A DNA stretch of 59,949 nt, counting the filler, from Bipalium vagum (taxonomy: Eukaryota): NCBI GenBank assembly GCA_037834085.1. It is 3 parts of 3 records of this genome, joined end to end, with 100 filler letters (N's around TTAATTAATTAA, not from the genome) between each part and the next. Parts side by side here need not be neighbours in the genome. Positions count along the whole stretch, not along the records: positions 17,560 to 43,229 come from JBBMKC010185406.1; positions 43,330 to 59,949 come from JBBMKC010102311.1; 1 more part is not named here. The stretch is one strand, 5' to 3'. The notes below the pieces were generated by a model, which did not search any database, was not told the DNA's origin, and saw only the letters and a program-made list of their open reading frames with translations. A program made the translations under genes and the position numbers. Shown piece after piece: positions 39,581 through 52,230 of this stretch (the first letter of the stretch is position 1; the number at the start of each line of letters is the position of its first letter).

Positions 39581-41939
39581 GAGTAAAATCTCATTTTGAT
39601 AATTTCGAAATTAAAAATTAACCAGATTTGTGAAAAACAAATAAAAAGTACATCACTTGATAAAATATTTACTTTATTTCCTTTTAAGCTTTTATTAATA
39701 AATAATAATTAACATTTAGCTCGACTATTTTGACATTATTTTTAAAACTGGCTGCAATCATTTATGATAAAAATATAAAACGAAAAGAGTTCGAACTGCA
39801 ACCTATATCATTCAAAGATAATTTTTCTGTAAAGGTTGCTCAGTTGTGATATTCAGACATATTTACTCTTGAAACAAGCAGAAAAGGTAGTTTTACTTAT
39901 ATTATATATATTTTATTATATTATAATATAAAAGAAAAGAAGATTTATCAATAGTCTCAGGTGACTTTAATGAAGTTGAAATGGGAAAGTATGTTTGAGA
40001 AAAGTTACTATGAGACATATAATGAAAGGGTAATAATGTTAAAGTCTTTTTGAGGTATTTGTCAATCGAATTGAATTGATAATTTTTTTTCTTTTTATAA
40101 AAGTACTAACATTTTTCTGAAACATTTATTATAAAATTACTGTAATTTATTATATACGAGAATTGTATAATTTGTGGGTTTATTTCGGAAAACCGATTTA
40201 AATGGATTTATTATTCAGATAAAGTTAGATCCAAACTTTATTTAAAAACGACTAAAAATTATTTAAATAAATAATAAATAAATTATTATTAAAAAATTAC
40301 TCAAATTATTATTGAGTTAAATATATATTTCAATTCATCGATTTTGACTCGCTTTTCAACGCTGTCTGTCATTATCCGATAATCGATGCAAAATCTAAAA
40401 TAAAAATATTTATATTACATGTTAACCTACACGTGGCAATAGTTCAGCTAAACAAATCTAAATATTCAAAGATTTTTTACACTCTAAAGCTGTAAATCTA
40501 CTTAATTGATACCATGTATAATCATGTCACTGTTTCTTTTTAACTTTAAAGAAAAATTGCAATAATTTTAATAATAAATAATATTTTAATAACCCAAAAA
40601 TTTCTAGAGAAATTAAAATGATAATCAAATATTTTATTCTACTACAAATATTTTCCAATTGTAGGAAATATTCCCTTCCAATAATCAATGAAAATAAGCT
40701 TCATTCCAGTAATACTCGAATGTTGGAACATACCGTTCATACTTCACCATCAAAGACAATGTACTATTGCAACGATGGACTGTCCCCATCCCTGTCAGCG
40801 GTTAATGATTATAACAATTTTCTCAAAATAATTCTCCTTTAATCACACGACTTCAGGAGACTGTAGAATATCATCTCTGTTAATCTCTTATCAAGTCTAT
40901 CAGATGTTGCTATTGTACTTTACTGCTGAATGTATCATCGATCCGATGCCTGTCTGTTCTGAAATCCACTGACGTCATATCTATCCAGCGCCCCGGGTCA
41001 CATGGCTCCATTGCCTTAGAAACGACAGAGTGTGGAACAATTATATGCTATAGAATATCTGCTGCTACTGCTGCTCTAGCTATTGTTGAGCGCAAAAAGA
41101 CCCACCCATTGATATAAATATACATATGAGGAAATTGTTATCAACAAATTCCTCACTGACTCAGTTAGAAATTCCAACCATGAAACGTTGCGATGACAAC
41201 TGTTCCAGTTGCTTTTGTTCAATGTTACAAATTCATCACCGTTACGCGTTGGACGGTTACGGTTTATAGCAGTCGACTCAAATTCTCTGCCGAAACCGTT
41301 CATCGATCGATTTTCCAACATCATCTGCCGAGGGTCATTGGGGCGTAGCGATAGATATTTTGTGATTTCTGACATCTGTTACACTTTTCAGTCTTGAACA
41401 ATCAAGCTGACAATGATTGATGATATCGTCTCTTTGCTGACTTTGGCTGCATTCACGCTTGAATGACTAACGTGGTGAATTGAGACGGACTCGATAGTGG
41501 GGAAAAAACGTTTTTTCTTCTGTTAATTAATTATTTTTCGTCGATTTTTCTGAAAGCGATTTTTATTGCCTACTCGTTTTAGATAATTATCGTAGAAAGA
41601 AATTCATAAATTACAGTTCAATTTATTCCTCATCGTTTCTCCGGGGTCGAGGGCAAAGATTTGATTCGGGAAATATTATTCCACGTGAATGGCAATTTTA
41701 ATAACTATTATTAATTATTATCAATGTTTCAAGCTACTGAAAAGGGAGATTTATTTGTCACTTAGACGTCTTTCCATCATAGAGTATTAAAGCATCGAAA
41801 TCGATCATCACTGAAATCAGTCACCGTGACGTAGTCTGAAAACCGTGAAAAATTTCCCCGAAAATAATAGATTGTCCCAAAAGTACGTCAACCGTTAAGA
41901 GAAATTATTTTAAAAACACCAGCATTGTTATTCCAGGAT

Positions 41940-42260
41940 CAATCCCTCATTATCGGCCACTTTCTGCCATTGGTCAGCAAGCCTCCAAAACTGTTTAAAA
42001 TACCATTCCGGGTTCTTTTAAATCACAACACTGTTGAAATTCTTCTTCAACTTTATTAATTGATTCAAAACGACGGTCATTCAAAAAACACCCGTAGTCA
42101 GATGACACGACGTCTGGGCTGTATGGCGAAATTTCGTTGACGCCATCTAAGTCTTCAGACTTCTGCTTAATCTTCTTAGAAGTTTGTGACTTGACGTTGT
42201 CCAGAAAGAAAATTAAAAAAAAGAGAATTCGTTCTCCGTTCTCTTTTACAATTAAAAGTA
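41940..42260 (-). mobile_element. 3' fragment of a mariner transposase
   Basis: LDNVKSQ...ISPYSPDVVSSDY...LNDRRFESINKVEE and WQKVADNEG. Confidence 0.75.
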
Positions 42261-43136
42261 CAAGCTGAACTGGGACCAAACAACCGATAATATTGCAAAC
42301 GTACCAGATCTCTTTGACCAGATCGCGATGCAGAGATCAACCAAAAGTCCAGACATGCCATGAATAATATTTATCCCATTTCTGGTGAATTGATGATAAT
42401 TGCCTTTGAGATCTGGTCCAGCCCGTAAATGTCACATTTCATTCCCAGATGAATTTGCCGCTTCCCACCGGCTAAACGGACAGCGCTGTTCGACAGCGGT
42501 GGTTTTAAAGATCGGTAATTAAGCGTTACATGGCAATGGTCCATTGGATCCCCAAACGATGACAATCAAATTAATAATGCACTTCAAAGGCGCAAGAAGC
42601 CCCTGATAATGGACTCAGCAGAAACTTTGATGTATTTGTCAAAATTTCCAGCTTCAACACAATAATAAATGCGCGACCGTTTCCACAGAGAAAAATCAAG
42701 TTATTAAAACTATTTTTACGCGCCATGCGAAAAGTTGAAAATGAAATAATGATGCTTGAAAGAGAACATTGAGAAACATTTGAACTATAAAAATGGACGG
42801 GTAGAGTACTTTTAATAATAATTTACCGTAAATGACGCGGTAAAATTAAAATATAATAATATTTCTTGTACTTTATTTTATATTTTTCACTTTTAATTAA
42901 CTTTTGATGAAAACTAAAAATAACATAAAAATTATTAATTAAAAGCCCATTATTAAATAAATAAAACCAATTCAATTTCGTTGCTTATTAATTGGTTAAT
43001 AATTATCTTTAATCTGTTCTATCAGAAAAAAACTTTTATTTAATTCTTTTTATTAATTATTTGTATTATTATTACCATTTTTAGTACTATGGTCATTGAA
43101 AGCTTATAATAATAATAATTTGAAAAAGATCGAGAA

Positions 43137-43152
43137 AATAATAATAATAATA

Positions 43153-43196
<44 letters not shown>
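43137..43196. repeat. (AAT)n/(ATT)n microsatellite near the contig end
   Basis: Direct reading. Confidence 0.9.
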
Positions 43197-43197
<1 letters not shown>

Positions 43198-43229
43198 AGG
43201 AATTATAAAGATTTTACGTAATCTTTATA

Positions 43230-43329
43230 NNNNNNNNNNNNNNNNNNNNNNNNNNNNNNNNNNNNNNNNNNNNTTAATTAATTAANNNNNNNNNNNNNNN
43301 NNNNNNNNNNNNNNNNNNNNNNNNNNNNN
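43230..43329. other. Artificial scaffold spacer N44-TTAATTAATTAA-N44
   Basis: Identical to the 17460-17559 spacer. Confidence 0.97.

Positions 43330-43392
<63 letters not shown>
43330..43392. repeat. (AAT)n microsatellite at the contig start
   Basis: About 21 perfect AAT units. Confidence 0.95.
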
Positions 43393-43531
43393 TTAAATGT
43401 TAATAAAAATAATGTAAGAAAATTAAAAGGATAATAAATAATATATTTAAAAATTGACTAAAATATATATTAATAATAATAAAAGAATTATTTTTGAAAT
43501 GATCAATTAAAACAAGTAAAAAAAATCATAC

Positions 43532-44009
43532 CAGTTTCCTGGTGGTATTCGTTTATGGAAGAAATGATGACGGATGCGTGTTGTTCCGGTTCTTTGGCGT
43601 ATTCCATGAACACGACGAGCAGTTTCAGAGCCAATTTCACGACAAGCCGAAACTGGAAAATAAGAAGAGATCAAACAACAGAATGAAGACAACCATTCTC
43701 TTTCCAGTCGAAATCGTTACAGTCATACCTTGCCCTGTAACAGACTGTAGAGCCACTTGAGCGTCTCCGAATCCTCCAGGACCCCATTCATTCCATCAAC
43801 GTAAAGCATCAACTGGCCCAGGGCTGAAATAGGTATAATTGTCGGTAGTATGTCATTGGGCCACAGATATTATACAACAGATATTATACAACAGACCCCT
43901 CACCTCGCAAAATATAGTTCTGGTGGTTCTGGTCGCTCTTGAGCCCAATCTGTCGCAGGCAGTGTAGCCCATTTCGGGCCACGAATTCCTGGACCAGATC
44001 CTTATCATC
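43532..44009 (-). CDS. FHOD3: FHOD-family formin, FH3/armadillo-region exons (partial): 44009-43904, 43823-43729, 43652-43532
   Basis: [85 protein letters not shown] matches FHOD1/FHOD3. GT-AG and phase-consistent. Invertebrates typically have one FHOD, so the paralogue number is nominal. Confidence 0.92.
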
Positions 44010-45744
44010 CTGAAAGGTGCAAAAGAAGAGTTTTATCAAGAAAAGTTATTATCATCCATTTTAAACCAATCGAAATCATCAAAATCAATATAATTATTTT
44101 ATTGGCTAACACTCCGAAATGGTTAGAGACCGGTGAGAAATAGGAACATGAAGAAAAAGGTTCTTAATTGTTCATTACAGCTTTGGAGAAGATTAAAAAG
44201 TAGTTTCTAGTCAAGACCGATAATCCTCTGAATCTCTGAACAACGGCAATACTTTTCCAGCCGACAATTCTCGAACTTCTTTGTATTTGTTCGCCGATAC
44301 ATGACCCTTGCTTCTGGTATTAAGGTTTAACCAATTGAATTCAGTGATACATCCTCAACATAATATTCTCTGTCACTGATTGGACCATCTGAGACAATCA
44401 TTGAACGATATCTTTGAAATCGAAGAAAACTGCTTCTTTGGATCTTGATCCGAGTTTCTTTAAGGATCATATCTTTTGATCTTTGGAAAAACGAAAAAAT
44501 GATGATGAGCATCTGAAACGCCTGCAAATTTCCCGTTTCCTTTAATTTTCAGTCCTTGAGTTTTCCATTGGTTTTCGATTCATTTTCAGATATTAAATAT
44601 TTTCTTTCAATCACAGGTCGTCCCCCAAGCGAGAATTTCCTTGAATATTCTCTTCTTTTGACAATTCTGCTGTAATACTTAAACAAATTCTCGCGACAAC
44701 AGAGTGTGTTTACAATAAACAGTTTTAATCTCCTGCTATGAACCTTTATCGATCTCAATACAAAATTTGGTACTTATCCTGTTCCATCGAATGAAACAAC
44801 AAGAAATAAATGTCATTAGAAATGTTGCAAGGAACGAACACTTGAAATGTTCAATGATGATATCCAGATAGTGCGCACACATAATGAAATTACTTATTAG
44901 AGATGCAATCCCATTGGTTGATATTTAATAACAGGTACTATTGCCGAGTTGGTGTCTGTTTTTGAAAGGAGAGGAAATTTCAAAGTAACAACAATAGAAA
45001 GAAAATGTTAATGTTGCTACGACTCAAAGATGGAAGTGACGAGATAATTTGAGCCAAGTCTAAAATATTTAAAAATGAAAAGTGGGAGGAAACAGCCAAA
45101 AATGATGAGGAAAGAAAACAGACGAGAAACAGTGGTCTTGGAATTTGCCGAAGAGGTGAAAGCCTTTAAAATGTGAAAGATTTCCGTTTCCTATATTTTA
45201 CACGTAAAAATTGAAAAATATTTGATCTATTAAATATCACGGTATGTGTGCCATCAGATTTAATTGATTTTTAATCATGCCGTCAGGTTTAATTGATCAT
45301 AAGTTTTAAATAATCATGCCGTCATATTTAATAGATCCAAAATATTTTTCCTCCAATGACTTGAAATCGAATTTTCGCAGCGCAGTTTGATTTGCAAAAT
45401 TACAGAGATAATAATAAATCAATGTTCAGGTAAAAAGCGAAAAATAAATCAATGTTACCTATTCTTTACCTTTTTGGCAGACTTTCGGAACTTAGGATAC
45501 CAAAAGTGGAGATAAATCCAAATTGTCGACTAAAACAATACGTAATATTCATTTGACTTTGACCTTAAAAGTTTTTAATGACTGTGGGGGACGGAGATGT
45601 TCGTCATTATCAATAGTAAATTGACGCTGACCAGTTCTTATTGATGGAACTGGCATAAAGCCTACTATAACGATTAATATAACCATACAAAAATGTTGAT
45701 TATTTCTTAAGAACATTACAAAACGATGTGGATGTCACCAATTA

Positions 45745-46994
45745 TTAGGTTGTAAAGTTCTAAATCCAACTTATTATAAACTAATTTTTGAGACCATATT
45801 TCTCAACAATAAATAAAAAAAATTATAATTACTCCTATTTGTGTAATGTTAGTAACATTTTGTTTTACTGAATAGTTTGATTTAATAATTTTGCGACATT
45901 TTAAATAATTAGATAAAATTAATTTTAGATGAATACTGAAGAAATTTATATCAAGCATTGTTTGATATATGAATTTAGAAAGGGATCAACCAGCTTAAAT
46001 GCATTTAAAAACATATCAACAACATATCCTGAATGTAATCTGTCACTAGATAAATGTCAAAGATGGTTTAGAAGATTTAAAGGCGGAAATTTTGATATTT
46101 CCGAAAGAAGAGGAGAAAGTTCATCAAATTTGGATAACAATGTTCTTCTATCTCTTATCGAGGGAGATCCTAAGTGTTCAACGCGTCATTTGGGAGATCA
46201 CCTTCAGGTCTCCCACTCTACAATTGCCACTCAACTTCATAAATTAGGCAAAGTCCATAGGCAAGGGTTATGGATTCCTCATTGCTTACGTGAAAACAAC
46301 AAAAAGCGCAGATTGTAGACTTGTTCTTCTCTTCTCCAAAGATTCAATAACGATAATTTTTTAAAAAGAATTGTAACAGGAGATGAGAAGTGGGTGTGCT
46401 ACGTCTACATGAAAAAAAAGGAATGGCTTACGCCTGACCAGAGGCCGATACCCACTGTCAAACCAGACCTTCATCCTCGCCGAATTATGATGTCTGTTTA
46501 ATGGGATTATCGTAGAATAATATATTACGATCTTTTACCACGTAACATAACTATCACAGGACAGGTTTATTGAGACCTATTAGGAAGACTTGAGGAGAAA
46601 TTAAAAAAATCCCGACTAGGATTGATAAACAGAAAGAATGTCATCATTCATCATTCAGATCCCATATTTCAAAAATCATAAAATAAAAATTAAAGGCATT
46701 AGAATGGGAAGTTCTTCCTCATCCGGTGTACTCACCTCATATCGCGCCTTCAGATTATCATCTGTTCAGTTCTCTTCAAAATTATCTGAATGTAAAAGAA
46801 TTTTCTAAAGAGGTCGATATCAAAAACGCCTTGGACAATTTCTTTATGTCTAAGTCCACCAGTTTTTATGAGGAAGAATCATGAATTTTCCTATAAGGTG
46901 GCAAAAGATCATAGATAACAATGGAAATTATCTATGTAAAAATTCATTTTTTTAGATAAATTGTATTAGTTGGATTTTGAACTTTACAACCCAA
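45745..46994 (+). mobile_element. Full-length defective mariner element (1250 bp) with TIRs and TA target duplication
   Basis: TA|ttaggttgtaaagttctaaatccaact ... agttggattttgaactttacaacccaa|TA. Transposase 45929-46939 has WIPHCL, IVTGDEKW and YSPHIAPSDYHLF, with stops and frameshifts. Confidence 0.96.
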
Positions 46995-48599
46995 TACAAT
47001 ATGATGTAAAATTCTAAATTTTTTTAAAAAAATTGAAGACCCAAGTGCACATTTTGAAAAAATGTATCCAAATTTAGAAAATAAATTTATTTATTAAGAT
47101 GAAAAATTTGAATCTGATAGATTTTCTAATCCAATTATTGATCAATTAGAAAAACTAAAAATTGAAAATTTTATGAATGAAAAACAAGTTTTAGAAGATT
47201 AATAAATAACACATTATAAAAAATTAAAATTTAAGTACACTAAAATAGATTCTCATTTAAAATTAGGAAGTAATTGTATAACAGGAATTGTTGGAGTTGA
47301 AACAGCAGTAATGACAGGAATTTCAACTTTAAGAGTTTGATTAATATTTTATATTCCTATTGGTACTGCAATTTTTGGAGCTGTATTTATTTCTGAAACA
47401 ATTTCAAAAAATATTACTTTAAAACGAAAAAGACTTTATAGAGAAAATTTTGAGTCTATAGAAAATTCAATTAATACATTTTATATTTTTCAACTTAAAG
47501 CTACAGAAAAATAAAACTTTAACTAATGGAGAAATTAAACAAGCAAAAAAATAATTCAAGAATGTAGAGAAAATATTAAAATAAAAATGGAAATGTTATT
47601 GAAAACGTTAAAAATGAAACTAAGAAGTTGAAAATAGAATTGAAAAAAGAGTATCTAAAAAAAGTTAAAAGTTTATAAAAATTAATTCTTTTTTAAAAAA
47701 TGAGTGCTTTATATAATGGTAAAATTTTTGAATTAAATAAAATTTTATATTTATAAAAAATTTTCCCAATTTTAAAAAATATTGAAATTTAATCTCTTCA
47801 AGATATTTATGATTTTTTGGAAATTGAATATTATAAATTTCCTTGAGAATAATTATTTTAATTTTTTATTTTAAAAACATATTATGGTGCTTCTACTTTT
47901 TTCAAAAAAATCGAAATGGATGCAAATCAAAATTCAATCGATGTTAAAAAAAGAATAGAAAAATTTTAAAAATTTCAAGAAGTAAAAAAGAAATTTGAAA
48001 CTAATCAATTAAATCAAGGGAAAGAAGAAAGAGGACATAAACAAGATTTTAAAATTTTTCATAAACCTGCTACTGGTACAGTTATTAAATCTAAACAAGA
48101 AATAAAAATTTTACAAAAGGAAAAAGAACAAACAGACAATGATAAAGTAGATAAAAATACTTTTGTTATAATAGAGGAAATTGGAGAACAAAAAAGGATC
48201 GAAGCTAAAATTAAGGATGAAACAACTGATTATCTTTTCAATAAAAAGATTGAACTTCCTCCTAAATATGAAGATATTAATTTTGAAAAGTATTTTCGTA
48301 TTAATCAAGAATTACCATTAACAATAAAACCATCAAGTGAAAAAAATATTTTAACAATAAATAAAGTTTCTTTTGAGATATTTAAAATTAATAATGAAAT
48401 TAATTTTACAAAACAAAATGAATCAATGTCAGGACGACTATCAGAAGGTTTAAAATCATTAATTGAAGGTGAAAATTATAGTAAAATTTTTTATAATAAC
48501 TGGACAAGAGATTATAGTTAAAAAAATTTGAGTAATTATGTATATCTAACAAACTATGTTAAAGGAGTAATGAACTTAAATTATGTTAAAAATATTAGA

Positions 48600-48795
48600 A
48601 ACCGTTCCATTTCCTAAAGAAAATTCTTTAGCTACCATTTTAGGATTTGAAACTAAAAAAACTTATATAGAAGGAATTCATGAATCTAAACCAGGTAATA
48701 TTTCAAATATAAATAGAATTATGATTGATTGTAATATTGTTGAAGGAGCATTTTTCAACGGTGTAAGAACTAACATAATTTTTGATTTTCCTTCA
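48600..48795 (+). pseudogene. Polinton-type minor capsid (penton) protein fragment
   Basis: SLATILGF...HESKPGNISNINRIMIDCNIVEGAFFNGVRTNIIFDFP resembles the LGF...CNIV.GSY.NG....I..F motif of Polinton minor capsid proteins, from memory. Confidence 0.65.
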
Positions 48796-49395
48796 ATAAT
48801 AAAAATTGATGATTACTCCAGGAATCCAGCGAAAATTTTAGATTTTATGGGAGAATATAATGTTTAAATGAATGAAAATAATGCTTCTGTAGGAAGCAAA
48901 ATTCTAAAACTGCAAATATATATAAAAGGGGCAGCAAGAGACATAAATTTCAAATTAATGGATGATCTAACTACACCAGCTACATTCAATGATTTAAGAA
49001 AGTTAATGGCAGAACAAATAGTAGATTCAATTACAAATAAAGCCATGAGGCAAAGATTTTATGAAAGAAAACAGAAACCAGGAGAAAAATTAGAGAAGTA
49101 CACCTACCAACTAATGCTGCTGGCGGATTATGCCTTTAGGGTAAGAAATACATGGAACCGATCAATGTTGGCGGTGGAAAGGATCAATGGTGGTAGCAGT
49201 ACGTCCATCAATAAGAAATGCATTAAAAACCTTTTCAGATCAGGATTTAGGAAAATTAACGGCTATATCAAAAAATATAGAAGCCAACATGAGTATTGGA
49301 TCTTTAGTACATACATCGGAAAATGTACAAACTTTTTTTTACATTCCATAAAGAAGGATATTTGAGTCCAAACTGTCCACAAAGAAAGGAAAAAA
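48796..49395 (+). pseudogene. Retrotransposon-like Gag fragment with a decayed CCHC knuckle
   Basis: KILKLQIYIKGAARD...FNDLRK...FYERKQKPGEKLEKYTYQLMLLADYAF is MHR-like (R.Q..GE....Y...L..LA). After frameshifts, FFTFHKEGYLSPNCPQRK is an eroded CX2CX4HX4C. Confidence 0.72.
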
Positions 49396-50659
49396 GTATT
49401 TCTTTCGCACCAAGGATTAAACCAGTGATAAAAAATTACACTGGTCTACATCATTTTTATTATGCATTTCTGAATCGTGTTTTCATGCTAATTTCACATA
49501 TTTTAGTCATTTTGCTCCATCACCTAAAGTTTTCATTTAATATGTATATTTTAAATAACTAGCAAAAAAAGAAAGAGAAAACGTAAATAAAGAAAGAACA
49601 CAACAGACATCAAACGAAAGGCAAGGCGCGAATCAAGAGAAAAAAAAATATTGTTTATGCTTTTGAAATAGTAAATTTTGTTATTTTTATTATTGTTAAT
49701 AACTTGTTATATTTCCATAACAAAGTTGGTAGATATAAAATTAATATTAGTAGTATTAAAGTAACACTTAATTTGATAATTATTTTATATAATCCTATCT
49801 GTTAGAAATTACAATTACTTTACAACATGTGGCACCAGTGTAACGAAGTTTGTTATTATAATATTTTCAATAATAATAACCATAATAAAAACTAGCTTGG
49901 AACTAAAAGTTCACAAGAATAGCCTCGATTTTTAGTAAAAATAATAAACCATTTGATATTTGAATTTTTACCGGAGCTTTATTAAAGAAAAATTCTCTCA
50001 TTTTTAGGTTCAGATGTCCTCAATAAAGAAAAAAATGGTTAAAATTCCGTTCTCATACCCCCTTGTTTATATGTTCTAAATTATTTATTATGTATCTATG
50101 CAAGTCTTTAAATTTAAGTATTTTAATTTTAATTTTTAACTAAACTATTTACATAACCTATTTATACGATAATCTCGGTTAAAATTCTGTTAATAATTAA
50201 AAAATCTACGATAAAATCTAAAAAATTTTTAATTCGGACCGATTTCAAAACAGGTGTTCATTAAAGCATTATTATTATTATTGATTCCATTCAGTTCAGA
50301 TAAAAAGACGCTGCTGATATGACATACTAATTAGAATTTAGAAATGTAGAAATGGATGATATTATCGCGTCTCAAGATGAAATACGATGAAGGATCTGGA
50401 AGATGACTTTATTATTGATATTTCACAGTGTATTATGTATCTATAATAATTTTTTTATTTTAAACTGTTAAAAAATTTATGATAAAATCTAAAAATTGTC
50501 TATCTACCGAAATTTGTATGTATAAAAGTTATTCAACAATTATATGAATACATTTATTAAATGCATGTTATACAATGTGTTTCTGTTGATTATCTAAATT
50601 TTTAAACTTAATATTAATTTTTTATTAGTATTAAATTACTTACTAAATGCCCATCAATA

Positions 50660-51500
50660 CAATCTTTATTTGTTTCTTAGTCTTATTTGCATTTTGGGAC
50701 CATTCCACATGCCTTTAATGGTATTTGTATGGACCAGTAACAGGATTTTTATATGTTAATGAATGGTTAAATGTTTCATGTCCATACCCATGTTTGCTAA
50801 GTCATTTATAGGCTTTCCGCATGTCAGTATAAATGATAGATACTGGTCTGACATGTTTTGTGATTACGTCCTATAAAGTATTCGAGGATCGGTCTGGTAT
50901 CTTTGTTAAAAATATCTTTTTCCCCTTGTTTTTCAATACCACCGAGTACCCATGCCCCTTCAACGTAATGTCCTCGATGATATTTTCTTTTCCCCATTTT
51001 TGTCTCATCTATTTCTACTATTATCCTTTCACCCTAATAATAGTATCTTCGAAATCCAATGAGTTGCTTATTATTGTTCCAAAACAATTTTTGAAAGTGG
51101 GAAACAGTTTTTGGACTTGTTTTCGTGTAATCCTTGACGGATACTGTTGGCATTTTACTTAACCAGTAATATGCAATTAACAATAATTTGGAGCATTGAA
51201 TAAAATGCCCTTCAAAAAAAGAATCCTTTCTGATTGGTACTGTCTTCTTGCATATTTTGATTCCACACCTGAATCTTTTATTCCTTATTTCTAGATTCAT
51301 GGAATTCTGCATTGTGGGCAAATTCTTGCAATTTCTAATATATTCTTTTCGAATAAAAATTCGATGCATTTATCTTCATTTAATAATATTTCTTGAATTT
51401 TGCGAAAATCCGGAAGATTTAAACACAGCTCTACATATTTCACATCTTTTAAGATCTTAACAGAACTACTACTTTTAAGGATCATAATATATATCATTTT
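50660..51500 (-). mobile_element. Merlin (IS1595/ISXO2-like) transposase pseudogene
   Basis: Minus strand: ICPQC zinc ribbon; IRKDSFFEG; IIVEIDETKMGKRKYHRGHYVEGAWVLGGIEK; PDRSSNTL; YTDMRKAY; HETFNHS...NPVTG. Frameshifted. Possible TIR starting GGTGCAACCGCAAC at about 51616. Confidence 0.9.
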
Positions 51501-51889
51501 ATGCTTTCACAGATTTCTCCAATTTCTTTTTCTTTATAGAAATAATATCGATACTAATAGTTTAGTAATAGATAGTAATAGATAATATTATTTCATAAAA
51601 TTGTTGCGGTTGCACCTAAACCATTCTTTATTTAAATAATTATTAATATTATAATATTTATATTTATAATATAGAATTTCTGTATTATATAAATTCTTAC
51701 TTTTTATATAATAAAACTTATAATATTTAATTATAATAAAACTTTAATTAATCTAAAAAAATGATCAATAGGAAATCTAAAAAAGTTTTTGGCAATGAAC
51801 TTTAAAGGAAATAGTAGAAAAATTATAAAAATTCTTAGGATTTAATCTAAAAATTTGGAATTAAATTTTGGCAAAATAAGAAAAAATTA

Positions 51890-52230
51890 CGGAAAACCCT
51901 CATTTTCCAAATCAGATTCAATTACAATAAATAGAAACATGGTGTTAAAATATTTTTCAAAACATTTTAAAAATATGTTACTAATGTAGAAATGATTCAT
52001 AAGATGAACGATATTGAAAATCCAACAGCAAGAGAAAAAACTGAAAGAGCAATGATAAAATTAATAATGAAAAGAAATATTAATTGAGAACCTAGAATTC
52101 AATGAACTACTAAAATTATTGAAAATGAAAAACTATTTAAAAACTCAAAAATTAAACCTCCTGAAAATGAAACAATTACCAATCGATCTTCATAAACAAT
52201 TTAGAAAACAGAAAAATATTTCTTAAAACT
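51890..52230 (+). pseudogene. PLA2-like C-terminus followed by a retroviral-type integrase N-terminus (Polinton arrangement)
   Basis: EMIHKMNDIENPTAREKTERAMIKLIMKR, then KQLPIDLHKQFRKQK..YFLK (compare QLA.ELHKP.RK). Confidence 0.55.
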
